Shown here piece after piece: positions 47,844 to 56,555 of a stretch of 64,000 bases of DNA; the stretch's first letter is position 1, and each line of letters starts with the position of its first letter. Below the pieces are notes generated by a model. It was not told where the DNA came from. It worked only from the letters and a program-made list of their open reading frames with translations, and did not search any database. The position numbers and the translations under genes are program-made. This stretch comes from a virus, in the IMG/VR virus record IMGVR_UViG_3300042446_001440, positions 16,170 through 80,169 of that record; one strand, given 5' to 3'.

Positions 47844-48292
47844 TCCGTATGAGATGGGTATGTATACACGCAGAGACATGGCATTCATTCTCTTTAATCA
47901 TGATGCAAACAATTTAAACGACAACAAAATCGCTCGTCAAGAAATCGGTGCTTCTATTATCAACATGGCTTTTGCTAGAGTTGCTATGGCTGCCTAAGAT
48001 CTTCGGATCTTTCTTTCCCTGGCAACTTGGGTGAAACAGTAAGTTGCAAAAAATTCCACTTTGGGGAGTAGGGTGTTCATCTACCCGACGCCCACCAGGT
48101 TGGGGATGTACGACCATAACACGTCCGTGGAGCTGATGAAAATGTTTTTCTAGTTATGTCAAAACTAGATGGTGGACTGTTACCAAATCGGTAGCCCTAA
48201 CATACGGTGCAGTAGCAATACAGTACTAAGCGTGTGAGAAGCTGTACATATTTGTACTTACGGAGACGAGGGTTCGAACCCCTCCATCTCCA
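47823..48292 (+). ncRNA. ssrA: tmRNA (transfer-messenger RNA)
   Basis: GGGGATG/CATCTCC+A acceptor with G3:U; T arm GAGGGTTCGAACCCCTC; tag ORF 47920-47997 (A)DNKIARQEIGASIINMAFARVAMAA*. Confidence 0.9.
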
Positions 48293-48335
48293 CTCATCTC
48301 CCCCTGTTCTCATATATTTATTGGAAACAATAATT

Positions 48336-48782
48336 ATGAAAACAGGGACTAAGGAGTATTATGCCAATTATTATGAGCAAAACAAAGAAGAACATAATTT
48401 TAAGTCTATAGAGTGGCAATCTCAAAATAAAGATAAGGCATTAGAATCCGTTAAAAAATGGAAAGGAAAGAATGCAGATAAAGTAAGAGAATGGGATAGA
48501 TTACGGAAACAACAACAAAATAAAGAACGTAGACAATTTGTAAATGAATATAAATTAACATGTTCTTGTAAAAAATGTGGCGATATTAGACCATATGTCT
48601 TAGATTTTCACCACTTGGACCCTTCAGCCAAATCGTTTGACTTAGGTAATGCTTCCAAATATAATATATCTAAATTAAAATTAGAATTAGAAAAATGTAT
48701 TACATTATGCAGAAATTGCCATAGTGAATTTCATTATTTTGAAAAAAAACAAAATATAATTATTACGGAGTATGTAAAATAA
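48336..48782 (+). mobile_element. HNH homing endonuclease immediately downstream of tmRNA
   Basis: CKKCG..VLDFHHLDP..K..LEKCITLCRNCHSEFH; ATG 48336 follows the shared endonuclease leader. Confidence 0.8.
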
Positions 48783-48826
48783 AAAACTTATAATTTATTC
48801 TTTACATATCTCCACAAATTTAAAAC

Positions 48827-48850
48827 TAGGGAAGCAGAAATGTTTCCCTA
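48827..48850 (+). terminator. Terminator-like hairpin
   Basis: TAGGGAAGCA-GAAA-TGTTTCCCTA. Confidence 0.65.
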
Positions 48851-48890
48851 TTGTTGTCTCTACATATTTATAGGTAACCATTATAAAATT

Positions 48891-49403
48891 ATGAGACACT
48901 TCATTTTAGTTGTCCTCGCAGCATTCCTAATGGTAGGTTTTGTGGGTGATAAACGTAAAATGAAAAGATCCCACCATAATCCTACTAAACTGTGTGTAAA
49001 CAGCGTCACAAACAACATTAAAGTTGGCCCTCTAACGGGCAATCAGAATTTATCATTTGGAGTTAAAAATATACTTGAAGAAGTAGCCCAAGACCGAGGA
49101 TGGATACTCGTAGATAGATTTGAAGCAGATCAAGTACTCGATGTAGAAATAGTTTATTTCGACTACGAGCAAACTAAAAGTAATATGTCTGTATTTCATA
49201 AAAATGAAAACAAAATCATTATTACAATACAAGGTACAGTCACCGAAAACGGAAAGGTAGTAAAATCAACCTCAGTTACAGACAAATCAGGAGAAGTAGT
49301 TTCGTCAACAGGAATAGTAGCGGAAGGGGGAACCTTTAGCTCAGTTATGGTAAGAAACGCAATCAAGAAAACTTGCGTTGTTATGGCTTATCGTATACTA
49401 TAA
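48891..49403 (+). CDS. Secreted protein, possible CsgG/LptE-like alpha-beta fold
   Basis: Signal-like MRHFILVVLAAFLMVG; FGVKNILEEV..ADQVLDVEIVYFD. Confidence 0.5.
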   Translation: MRHFILVVLAAFLMVGFVGDKRKMKRSHHNPTKLCVNSVTNNIKVGPLTGNQNLSFGVKNILEEVAQDRGWILVDRFEADQVLDVEIVYFDYEQTKSNMSVFHKNENKIIITIQGTVTENGKVVKSTSVTDKSGEVVSSTGIVAEGGTFSSVMVRNAIKKTCVVMAYRIL

Positions 49404-49413
49404 AAACTGAAGC

Positions 49414-51171
49414 ATGAAACAAACATTAGTATTATTACTACTATTAATAGGATTTAATTCCTATAGTCAAAACTGGCCTAAAATATGGGTCCCTTCAAGT
49501 GTAACTAAAGATATCAATGGTGGCACTATTAGTAAAGGAGATACTGTAGATGTTGTAATTGAAATGAATAGAAACTACAACGATCAAGAACCATTATCAA
49601 ATCAAATCCGCTCAATACTATTTGATTTTCAACATCAAAACGATGCTTTTAAGTTAATAAACATGATTGTCCCTACTATTGGTAGTGGAGCAATACCTAA
49701 TACCAACTACAGTATTAGTAAAAATGAATACCCAGGATATAACTATTTAGAATCAACTTTAAACACAACTACTAATGGTAATACAAATTATAACTATAGT
49801 AACTATGCTTATAGTCCAACAAGTGTTAAACAAATTACTCGTGTTAGTCTAAATATTAATGCTAATTTAGGTAATGGGGTTATTTTTATACTTCGTTTTA
49901 TAGCATTAAATCCAAATGCAGGGTATGTATACGATCCTCTAAAAATGAACTTCGCAGCCTGTTTTACAACTACATCCGGTGCTGGAGGAAGTATTATGAC
50001 AAATCAAATATGTCCATTTATTTTAGATCCTACTGCTAACTCATTATTAACATTAAAAATGGAAAATAATAGTAATTTAGATATGGGTTATATGCCTAAA
50101 GTGTATATTGGAGAATATGCACAAGATGGTACTACACAAGTAGATGTAAAAGAATTTAGCATAGCATCTAATGGTGTTGTAAATATAGATCAAAGTTGGT
50201 TAAAAACAAATACTAACTATTTTATTATGCCGTGGGCACCACTAGATAGTGCGTATTCTATACAAGATAAAGCAGTAACCGTATCTGATTTTACAGCAGC
50301 CCAAACTGAGTTTATTAATCAAAATCTAGATAAAACATATAGTAACTCAAATATGCAAACAGGTATGAGTTATTATGCCTCGGATGTAGATAAGAATCAG
50401 ATATTTGATGCTGCTGATGTTAATAAAATATTTACTCAAGTTACAGGGGCAGGATATCTGTTAACTGTTAATCAAGCAAATTCATGGAATAATAGCGTAT
50501 TTACATTCTTTACAGATAGTATGTATAATAATTTAAAAACTACTAATTGGTCTACTATTAACTCTTGGAAAGTAGATTTCAAAACATCATCTGTAAACCA
50601 AAATGTTAATTTAAAATACTCAATATTAGGAGATATTAATCGTTCACACTCATCTCAAGTAATAACAACTACAGGTCAGATTATAAGTAATAGAATAGCA
50701 AATAATTCTAATGTAACTACTCCTTTGGTATTCATTAATACACCAAATGAAATATCAAATATAGACGTTAATTTAAACAACGTTACAGTGACGTCTGATA
50801 ATATTGAAATACCATTTAAAGTAGATTCAAAAACAAATAAAACATCAGCATTACAATTTGAAATAGTATATGACGCAACTAAAATTAAATTTGAAGAAAT
50901 AAAATCTGAATTACCTAATACATGGTTTACATTTGTAAATCCAACAACAGGCAAAATTAAATTTGGAGCAATTGATAAAGATTTAAAAACTCCAATTACG
51001 GGAGCAACTATACCATTCAAATTAAGATTCTCCTCTATAGGAAGTGGAGTTGATGTATTATCTCAAATTAAAATAACATCAAATATGGATGCTAGTGATA
51101 ATAAGGGTAATCAATTAGGAATCAATTTAAATATAGTAACCATTAAATTAACAGGATACAATAAATTTTAA
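49414..51171 (+). CDS. Secreted protein with cohesin-like beta-sandwiches and dockerin/EF-hand-like motifs
   Basis: Signal peptide; KGDTVDVVI..FDFQH; DVDKNQIFDAAD and GDINRS; IEIPFKV..SALQFEIVYDATKIKF. Confidence 0.6.
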   Translation: MKQTLVLLLLLIGFNSYSQNWPKIWVPSSVTKDINGGTISKGDTVDVVIEMNRNYNDQEPLSNQIRSILFDFQHQNDAFKLINMIVPTIGSGAIPNTNYSISKNEYPGYNYLESTLNTTTNGNTNYNYSNYAYSPTSVKQITRVSLNINANLGNGVIFILRFIALNPNAGYVYDPLKMNFAACFTTTSGAGGSIMTNQICPFILDPTANSLLTLKMENNSNLDMGYMPKVYIGEYAQDGTTQVDVKEFSIASNGVVNIDQSWLKTNTNYFIMPWAPLDSAYSIQDKAVTVSDFTAAQTEFINQNLDKTYSNSNMQTGMSYYASDVDKNQIFDAADVNKIFTQVTGAGYLLTVNQANSWNNSVFTFFTDSMYNNLKTTNWSTINSWKVDFKTSSVNQNVNLKYSILGDINRSHSSQVITTTGQIISNRIANNSNVTTPLVFINTPNEISNIDVNLNNVTVTSDNIEIPFKVDSKTNKTSALQFEIVYDATKIKFEEIKSELPNTWFTFVNPTTGKIKFGAIDKDLKTPITGATIPFKLRFSSIGSGVDVLSQIKITSNMDASDNKGNQLGINLNIVTIKLTGYNKF

Positions 51172-51173
51172 TT

Positions 51174-51542
51174 ATGAAAAAATTATTATTAACCACATTA
51201 ATCGTTTTATTAGTAATTGGAGGATGTCAAAAAATTGATGTTCCTATTATTAAACCACAAATAATAGAGCTAGGTAAAACATCAACATCAACTCAAATTA
51301 ATAATATAACACAAGTAAATAATGTATTTACTATTGGGTATACTGTAACTACAGGAGCTAAATATTCAGTACAGATTATACCATTTGGAAGTGAAACACC
51401 TGTAAAAACATTAGGATTTACGGCATTAACAGATACAGTTACAAAAACATATGATTTAAATTCTTTAGATAAAAAAGATTATGATATCATATTAATCGAT
51501 ATAAACGGAACAGAAACAAAAAGACCTATAAAAATTAAATAA
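51174..51542 (+). CDS. Lipoprotein with Ig-like domain
   Basis: MKK..LLVIGGC lipobox; YSVQI..VKT..YDL..YDIIL beta pattern. Confidence 0.6.
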   Translation: MKKLLLTTLIVLLVIGGCQKIDVPIIKPQIIELGKTSTSTQINNITQVNNVFTIGYTVTTGAKYSVQIIPFGSETPVKTLGFTALTDTVTKTYDLNSLDKKDYDIILIDINGTETKRPIKIK

Positions 51543-51543
51543 A

Positions 51544-51900
51544 ATGGCAAAAATAACTAAAACAACTAAGACAACAGAAGAAGCGGCAATGGCTAAAAAC
51601 GAAAAACACAATGATGGTACAATGAGTGGTTTAAAAAAGACCATGATTGGTACTATTGGTACATTAGTAACAGCAGGTGGAGCATTTTTAATGACGTATA
51701 TGCAAAAACCAAAAGAAGGTGATGTTAAACAAGCAGCACCCCAAAGTATTAATATTAATATGCCTGCTCAACAACAGGCAACTTCAAATAGTAAAACAGT
51801 AATCATCAAAGAAAAAAGTAGTACTGCACCTCAACCAGTTGCTCCTGCTACTAAGAAAAAAGATGGTGATGAATTTAAAGAGAAACCTGCTCAGTGGTAA
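51544..51900 (+). CDS. Single-TM membrane protein
   Basis: MIGTIGTLVTAGGAFL TM segment followed by a low-complexity tail. Confidence 0.55.
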   Translation: MAKITKTTKTTEEAAMAKNEKHNDGTMSGLKKTMIGTIGTLVTAGGAFLMTYMQKPKEGDVKQAAPQSININMPAQQQATSNSKTVIIKEKSSTAPQPVAPATKKKDGDEFKEKPAQW

Positions 51901-51932
51901 TTACCCCTTGTTAACCGTTAAAAATTAAAAGT

Positions 51933-52190
51933 ATGAATTTCAAACAATGGATCATCGACTTATTTAAAGATGAGAGAGGATCAACATCAATCAAACCAGT
52001 TATTGCATTTGTAGGTGCTTTATTCCTATGTGGAACAATGTTAGCGAATAGCTTTTCAAAAGCTGATTTCGCTCCATCTCCAGATTTAGTAAATGCAGTA
52101 ATGATTATCACCGCAATTGGTATGGGTGCTGATACATTAGATAAATTTACTAAAAAAGCAAAAGCTGAAGAACCAAAAACAGAAGAATAA
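51933..52190 (+). CDS. Two-TM membrane protein (holin-like)
   Basis: LFKDERGSTSIK, two TM helices and a charged C-terminus. Confidence 0.5.
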   Translation: MNFKQWIIDLFKDERGSTSIKPVIAFVGALFLCGTMLANSFSKADFAPSPDLVNAVMIITAIGMGADTLDKFTKKAKAEEPKTEE

Positions 52191-52192
52191 TT

Positions 52193-52221
52193 AAGGGAGG
52201 GTTTAGGCCCTCCTTTCCTTT
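52193..52221 (+). terminator. Probable terminator
   Basis: AAGGGAGGGT-TTAG-GCCCTCCTTT. Confidence 0.6.
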
Positions 52222-52239
52222 AACCATTAAAACTAAAAA

Positions 52240-52491
52240 ATGAAAAAACTAAAAAACATAGGTCGTGCTATTGCTATGGCATCCCTATTATTAATGTCAG
52301 TAATGATATTTAGTATAGTATTTTTCGAATTGTATCTAGTCTACTTAAATACATCAGGACAAATCGAAAAATCAGAAAAAATAATGAGCGATATTGATTT
52401 TAAAATTGATGGAACCTATAAAACTAACCCCAATAATATTTGGTATGAAAAACCTACTGATAATATTACCTCTACTAATAGCATTAAGTAG
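52240..52491 (+). CDS. Single-TM hypothetical protein
   Basis: N-terminal hydrophobic helix. Confidence 0.5.
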   Translation: MKKLKNIGRAIAMASLLLMSVMIFSIVFFELYLVYLNTSGQIEKSEKIMSDIDFKIDGTYKTNPNNIWYEKPTDNITSTNSIK

Positions 52492-53161
52492 TAAATCTCA
52501 AAACATTGGTACAACCAAAACAGAGGAATATAAAGCCTCGTTTGAAACCAAAGTAAATATTGACTCATTAATGGATTATAGTGGCCCAACCATCCCTATT
52601 CAGATATTAAAATGTGGTATAAGCGATGAAATATATGAACAATACCCAGAACTCAAAGAAAAGAAAGTCGGTCTTGGTGTGGCGAATATATCTATGGAAT
52701 ACCTTGAAAATCTTAACCGTTTTACTTTTACTGAAGATAAAACAGAAATAAAGAATAGAATGGTAAAACAATTTCAGGCATCACAATCTGGAATTAGTCA
52801 AGATAAATTAGATGGACGTGGTAAAATACGTCTTGCTCATTACTTCGTTGAAATTGAAGTATATGATTTCTCAGTAAGTGAAGATGAAACAGTTAATCTA
52901 AAAGATGGAGTTAAAAATTTAGTTGTAACTCGTTTAGGTTTACAAGTACGTTTTACTGATGCTGAAACGGGTGAAATACTATCAGCAAGTGGATTAGGTG
53001 AAGCTAAAACAACTCGTGAAATGAGTTTAATGAGTGATGCTAATTTATCTGATATTAAATTTAACCAATCAACAATAGGAACGACAACTAAAAAAGCATT
53101 AGATATAGCCTGTAGTAGAATATTACTGAGGATGATTAAGAAGAATATATTCAAGAAATAA
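52445..53161 (+). CDS. CsgG-like (curli assembly/transport-fold) secreted protein
   Basis: Signal peptide MKNLLIILPLL; GLGVANI..EYL..NRF; AHYFVEIEVYDF; LQVRFTDAETGEILSASGLG. Confidence 0.65.
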   Translation: MKNLLIILPLLIALSSKSQNIGTTKTEEYKASFETKVNIDSLMDYSGPTIPIQILKCGISDEIYEQYPELKEKKVGLGVANISMEYLENLNRFTFTEDKTEIKNRMVKQFQASQSGISQDKLDGRGKIRLAHYFVEIEVYDFSVSEDETVNLKDGVKNLVVTRLGLQVRFTDAETGEILSASGLGEAKTTREMSLMSDANLSDIKFNQSTIGTTTKKALDIACSRILLRMIKKNIFKK

Positions 53162-53169
53162 TCTAATGA

Positions 53170-54552
53170 ATGTTGAAAAAAATAATATACACGTTATTAC
53201 TAACGTTAGTTAGTTTCATAACTAAGGGACAGGTTATTACTCAAACCTATATAGACCCATGTGATAGTAAAACATATACTGTTACATTCCCTGTCCAAGC
53301 CCAAGCTGTAATGGTAATAATCAGAAATGAATATAAATCATTTAGCTATACTGAGGCAGCATCTGGAGCAGTATACATATGGGTTAACCAAGTATTATCT
53401 AAACCATGCCCCGTAACAACACCAGTAGTAACAACAGCGGTACAACAAGCAGTATCCCAAGCAGCAGCACAAGCAGCATCACAAGCAGCAAGTTCAGCCG
53501 CATCCTCAGCAGCAAGCGCAGCAGCATCAAATGCAGCAAGTGGAGCAGCATCAGGAGCCGCTTCAGGAGCAGCAAGTGGAGCAGCATCATCAGCAGCTTC
53601 AGGAGCAGCATCGAGTGGTGCGCCACCACCACCTCCCTCATCATCTTCATCCCAGTCTTCCTCATCATCTGGCTCTTCATCTTCATCAACCTCAAGTGGG
53701 GAGAGCAGCAGCGGAGGAAGCAGTTCAAGCAGCGAATCAAAAACGGAATCCAAAACGGAAAGCAAGAACGAATCAAAAACCGAATCAAAGGAAGAAAGTA
53801 AATCTGAAACTAAAGAAGAAAAATCAGAATCTAAAGAGGAAAAGAAAGAAGATAAAAAAGAAGAGAAGAAGGAAAGCAAAAAAGAGGAAAAGAAAAAAGT
53901 AATAATAAATCCCGTAATGATTGGTTCTGATCTAACAGTAGGTCAAAATGCAACAGGTGGATTTACACCAATTATATCATTAAGTATGTCTCAATCATCG
54001 GCTACCGGTGAATCAAGTTGGGGTGTTAGTTCAATGATTTGGGGTGATTTAAAATCGTTTGCTCTATCTATCAATAAAAGCGATATGATATTTAAGAACG
54101 GCGCTTTAACCGCTATTAAATCATATTCATATACCATTGCTCGTGTAGCTAATACAAACTTAACGTTTGGAGGCTACACTTGGATTAAACCACATCCAAA
54201 ATATGGAACATACGGTTATAATCTATCCTATATTAACATTAAATTAAAAGACGATGTTGGGTACTCATACTCAACTATGACATCAACAACAGCGTTCTGG
54301 ACTAAACCATACCCCGTAAGTAAAAGATCAGTATTATCTCCAGGAGTATTTTTAATGGCGTCACCATATGCTTTTAATAGTAAATCAGGAAGTACCTGGA
54401 ATTACAATGTAACAGGTTTAATAGGTACAGGATATAGTTTTAAATTAAGTAAAAGATTTGGCTTTAATATTGATTACAAAACAAGTATATCAACAACACC
54501 AAATACTCCAATACTAAGTTACTTCTTAATAGGTTCTAGAATGATGTTATAG
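53170..54552 (+). CDS. Secreted protein with Ala/Ser and Glu/Lys low-complexity linker and C-terminal beta-barrel-like domain
   Basis: Signal peptide; two Cys; (SGAA)n and (ESK)n repeats; alternating aromatic beta strands. Confidence 0.6.
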   Translation: MLKKIIYTLLLTLVSFITKGQVITQTYIDPCDSKTYTVTFPVQAQAVMVIIRNEYKSFSYTEAASGAVYIWVNQVLSKPCPVTTPVVTTAVQQAVSQAAAQAASQAASSAASSAASAAASNAASGAASGAASGAASGAASSAASGAASSGAPPPPPSSSSSQSSSSSGSSSSSTSSGESSSGGSSSSSESKTESKTESKNESKTESKEESKSETKEEKSESKEEKKEDKKEEKKESKKEEKKKVIINPVMIGSDLTVGQNATGGFTPIISLSMSQSSATGESSWGVSSMIWGDLKSFALSINKSDMIFKNGALTAIKSYSYTIARVANTNLTFGGYTWIKPHPKYGTYGYNLSYINIKLKDDVGYSYSTMTSTTAFWTKPYPVSKRSVLSPGVFLMASPYAFNSKSGSTWNYNVTGLIGTGYSFKLSKRFGFNIDYKTSISTTPNTPILSYFLIGSRMML

Positions 54553-54553
54553 A

Positions 54554-54585
54554 TTTGGTTAAGGCAAAATAGTTTCGTATATTTA
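54554..54585 (+). promoter_or_regulatory. Promoter TTTG-N20-TATATTTA with GGCAAAA in the spacer
   Basis: Recurrent motif at the start of the small-ORF region. Confidence 0.65.
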
Positions 54586-54601
54586 TTGAAAATAGCAGGT
54601 T

Positions 54602-55102
54602 ATGTATAGAATCCAGCAATTCTTCAAACAAATTTACAATTTAATTCGTTGGTTTCCCACTATCTGGAAAGATAAGGATTGGGATGACCACTATATCTTT
54701 GAAATATTAAAATTCAAACTTAAAAATCAAGCTGAATATATTGGTAAGAAAAACCGTCATTTATCCGCTAAACGCGATGCTGAAATAATGATGTTATGTG
54801 TTCGCTTAATCGAGAAAGTTCAAAGTGAATATTATGGAATGGAATATCACGAATATTACAAATCAAATATTAAATTTGTACCTAGTATTTCCCACCCAGG
54901 TAGTTATGAAATGGAGGAGGAACTAATATCAGAACACTACGACAATTATTTTAAAAAATATCCATTAATATATAGAATGGTCCCTGATTTGCAAGCACCT
55001 AAAGCAAAAATAGCATTTCAAATGGCTAGAATAAACGGAGAACGAGCACACAAATTATTATTTACAATATTAGAACAAAATATTAGAAAATGGTGGGATT
55101 AA
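54602..55102 (+). CDS. Hypothetical phage protein
   Basis: WFPTIWKDKDWD...KWWD. Confidence 0.6.
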   Translation: MYRIQQFFKQIYNLIRWFPTIWKDKDWDDHYIFEILKFKLKNQAEYIGKKNRHLSAKRDAEIMMLCVRLIEKVQSEYYGMEYHEYYKSNIKFVPSISHPGSYEMEEELISEHYDNYFKKYPLIYRMVPDLQAPKAKIAFQMARINGERAHKLLFTILEQNIRKWWD

Positions 55103-55275
55103 TTATTGTACTTGTTATTGTATTACCAATAGCTTGTATTTGGTCAATAAGAATTGACAACATGAATAGAAATCACCCCGAGTATAAGGGTGAAGATTTC
55201 CTAAACTCAGCAGGGCGTGATGGTTGGGATGAAGATCTAGATCAATCGGCAAAATAAGGGTTATATATTCATGTT

Positions 55276-55614
55276 ATGAAAATACTAACAGCGTTTATAC
55301 TATGCATAGCTGCTAGTATAATATCATTCATTCAGCTACAAGGACAGATAGCATGGAAATTTCCTAAAGATCATCCATATCTAATGATGTTATTAGGATT
55401 ACCTATTTCATTAATATTCATTAATACAACTAGAATATTTAATGAATATTATGGAGCTAATTGGCCAGGTCGTTTAATTGGATTTGGAATTGGTATTATA
55501 ATCTTTACAATAATGAGTTGGTTAGTATTTAAAGAACACCCAACTCCTAAAACAATAGTGTGTTTAGGATTAGCATCGCTAATTGTTGCATTACAAGTAT
55601 TTTGGAAGAATTAA
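55276..55614 (+). CDS. Four-TM small membrane protein (DMT/SMR-like size)
   Basis: Four hydrophobic helices; FKEHPTPKT loop. Confidence 0.55.
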   Translation: MKILTAFILCIAASIISFIQLQGQIAWKFPKDHPYLMMLLGLPISLIFINTTRIFNEYYGANWPGRLIGFGIGIIIFTIMSWLVFKEHPTPKTIVCLGLASLIVALQVFWKN

Positions 55615-55781
55615 ATTATGATAGTAAATTATAAAGATAAAAGAATTAGTACAATAATTAAATTAGAAATAGAATTAACTGAAGCACTAATCAATGGTCA
55701 TAAGGCAGCAGATAATGATAAGTTTGCTAAAACTAGAGCTAAACTAAAAAAACTTAGAGAAGAATTAAATATAACTTGAAT

Positions 55782-56546
55782 ATGAAACTAGTAGCTATCA
55801 GCGATACACACAATAGACATAAGCACTTAACATCTGTAGCTATGGGAAGTAGACTACCGGATGGTGATTTGCTTATTCATGCTGGTGACTTAACTGGACA
55901 AGGTATGAAAGGAGAAGTACAAGACGTACTTAAATGGTTAGTGCAACAAGTACCTCGCTATACTCACGGAATAGTATTTACAGCTGGTAATCATGATAGG
56001 ACATTTGATGGCCCTAAGTTTGGTGATTATAACATCTACGATGATATATTAGAAGGACCTAAAGAAAAGCCATTATGGCTTCAAGAAGCTCTAGCTAGTT
56101 TGCCATCCAACATTCACTACTTAGAGAACGAAGACATAACTATAGATGGAGTTAAGATATGGGGTAGTCCAGTAACACCTTGGTTTCATGGAGACAGATG
56201 GGCATTCAATAAACATAGAGGTGAAGATATAGATGCAGTATGGAATAAGATTCCAATGGATACTGATATTATTGTAACACACGGACCTATAGCATATAAA
56301 TTAGATTATGTAGCACACGATCAACACTATGCTGGGTGTGAGCATTTAAGACAACGAATACAGTCAATTAAACCTTTAATTCATATTAGTGGTCATATAC
56401 ATGAATGTTATGGTTATGATTACGATGAGAATACTAACTACTTCAATGCTAGTATCTGCAACCATCAGTACGAACCGTTAAATGCGCCTTGGGAGATTGA
56501 GATGGATTTGGAGAGCAGAGAAATAAGCGGTAACTTTATAATATAA
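55782..56546 (+). CDS. Calcineurin-like metallophosphoesterase
   Basis: ISDTH, HAGD, AGNHD, THGP and SGHIHE. Confidence 0.9.
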   Translation: MKLVAISDTHNRHKHLTSVAMGSRLPDGDLLIHAGDLTGQGMKGEVQDVLKWLVQQVPRYTHGIVFTAGNHDRTFDGPKFGDYNIYDDILEGPKEKPLWLQEALASLPSNIHYLENEDITIDGVKIWGSPVTPWFHGDRWAFNKHRGEDIDAVWNKIPMDTDIIVTHGPIAYKLDYVAHDQHYAGCEHLRQRIQSIKPLIHISGHIHECYGYDYDENTNYFNASICNHQYEPLNAPWEIEMDLESREISGNFII

Positions 56547-56555
56547 AATAAATCA

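Noticed and set aside
46400-48117. Short ORFs predicted across the RNA cluster (46400..46606, 46650..46844, 46767..47027, 46783..47082, 47237..47425, 47914..48117)
   Set aside because: They overlap tRNA/tmRNA structures; the raised GC explains the open frames.
48234-48335. N-terminal extensions of ORFs 48234, 48840, 52394, 9173 and 11500
   Set aside because: They overlap the tmRNA, terminators or promoter motifs; downstream ATGs give better starts and signal peptides.
53406-53902. Alternative-frame ORFs inside the 53170..54552 gene
   Set aside because: Produced by low-complexity GCA/TCA repeats lacking stops.
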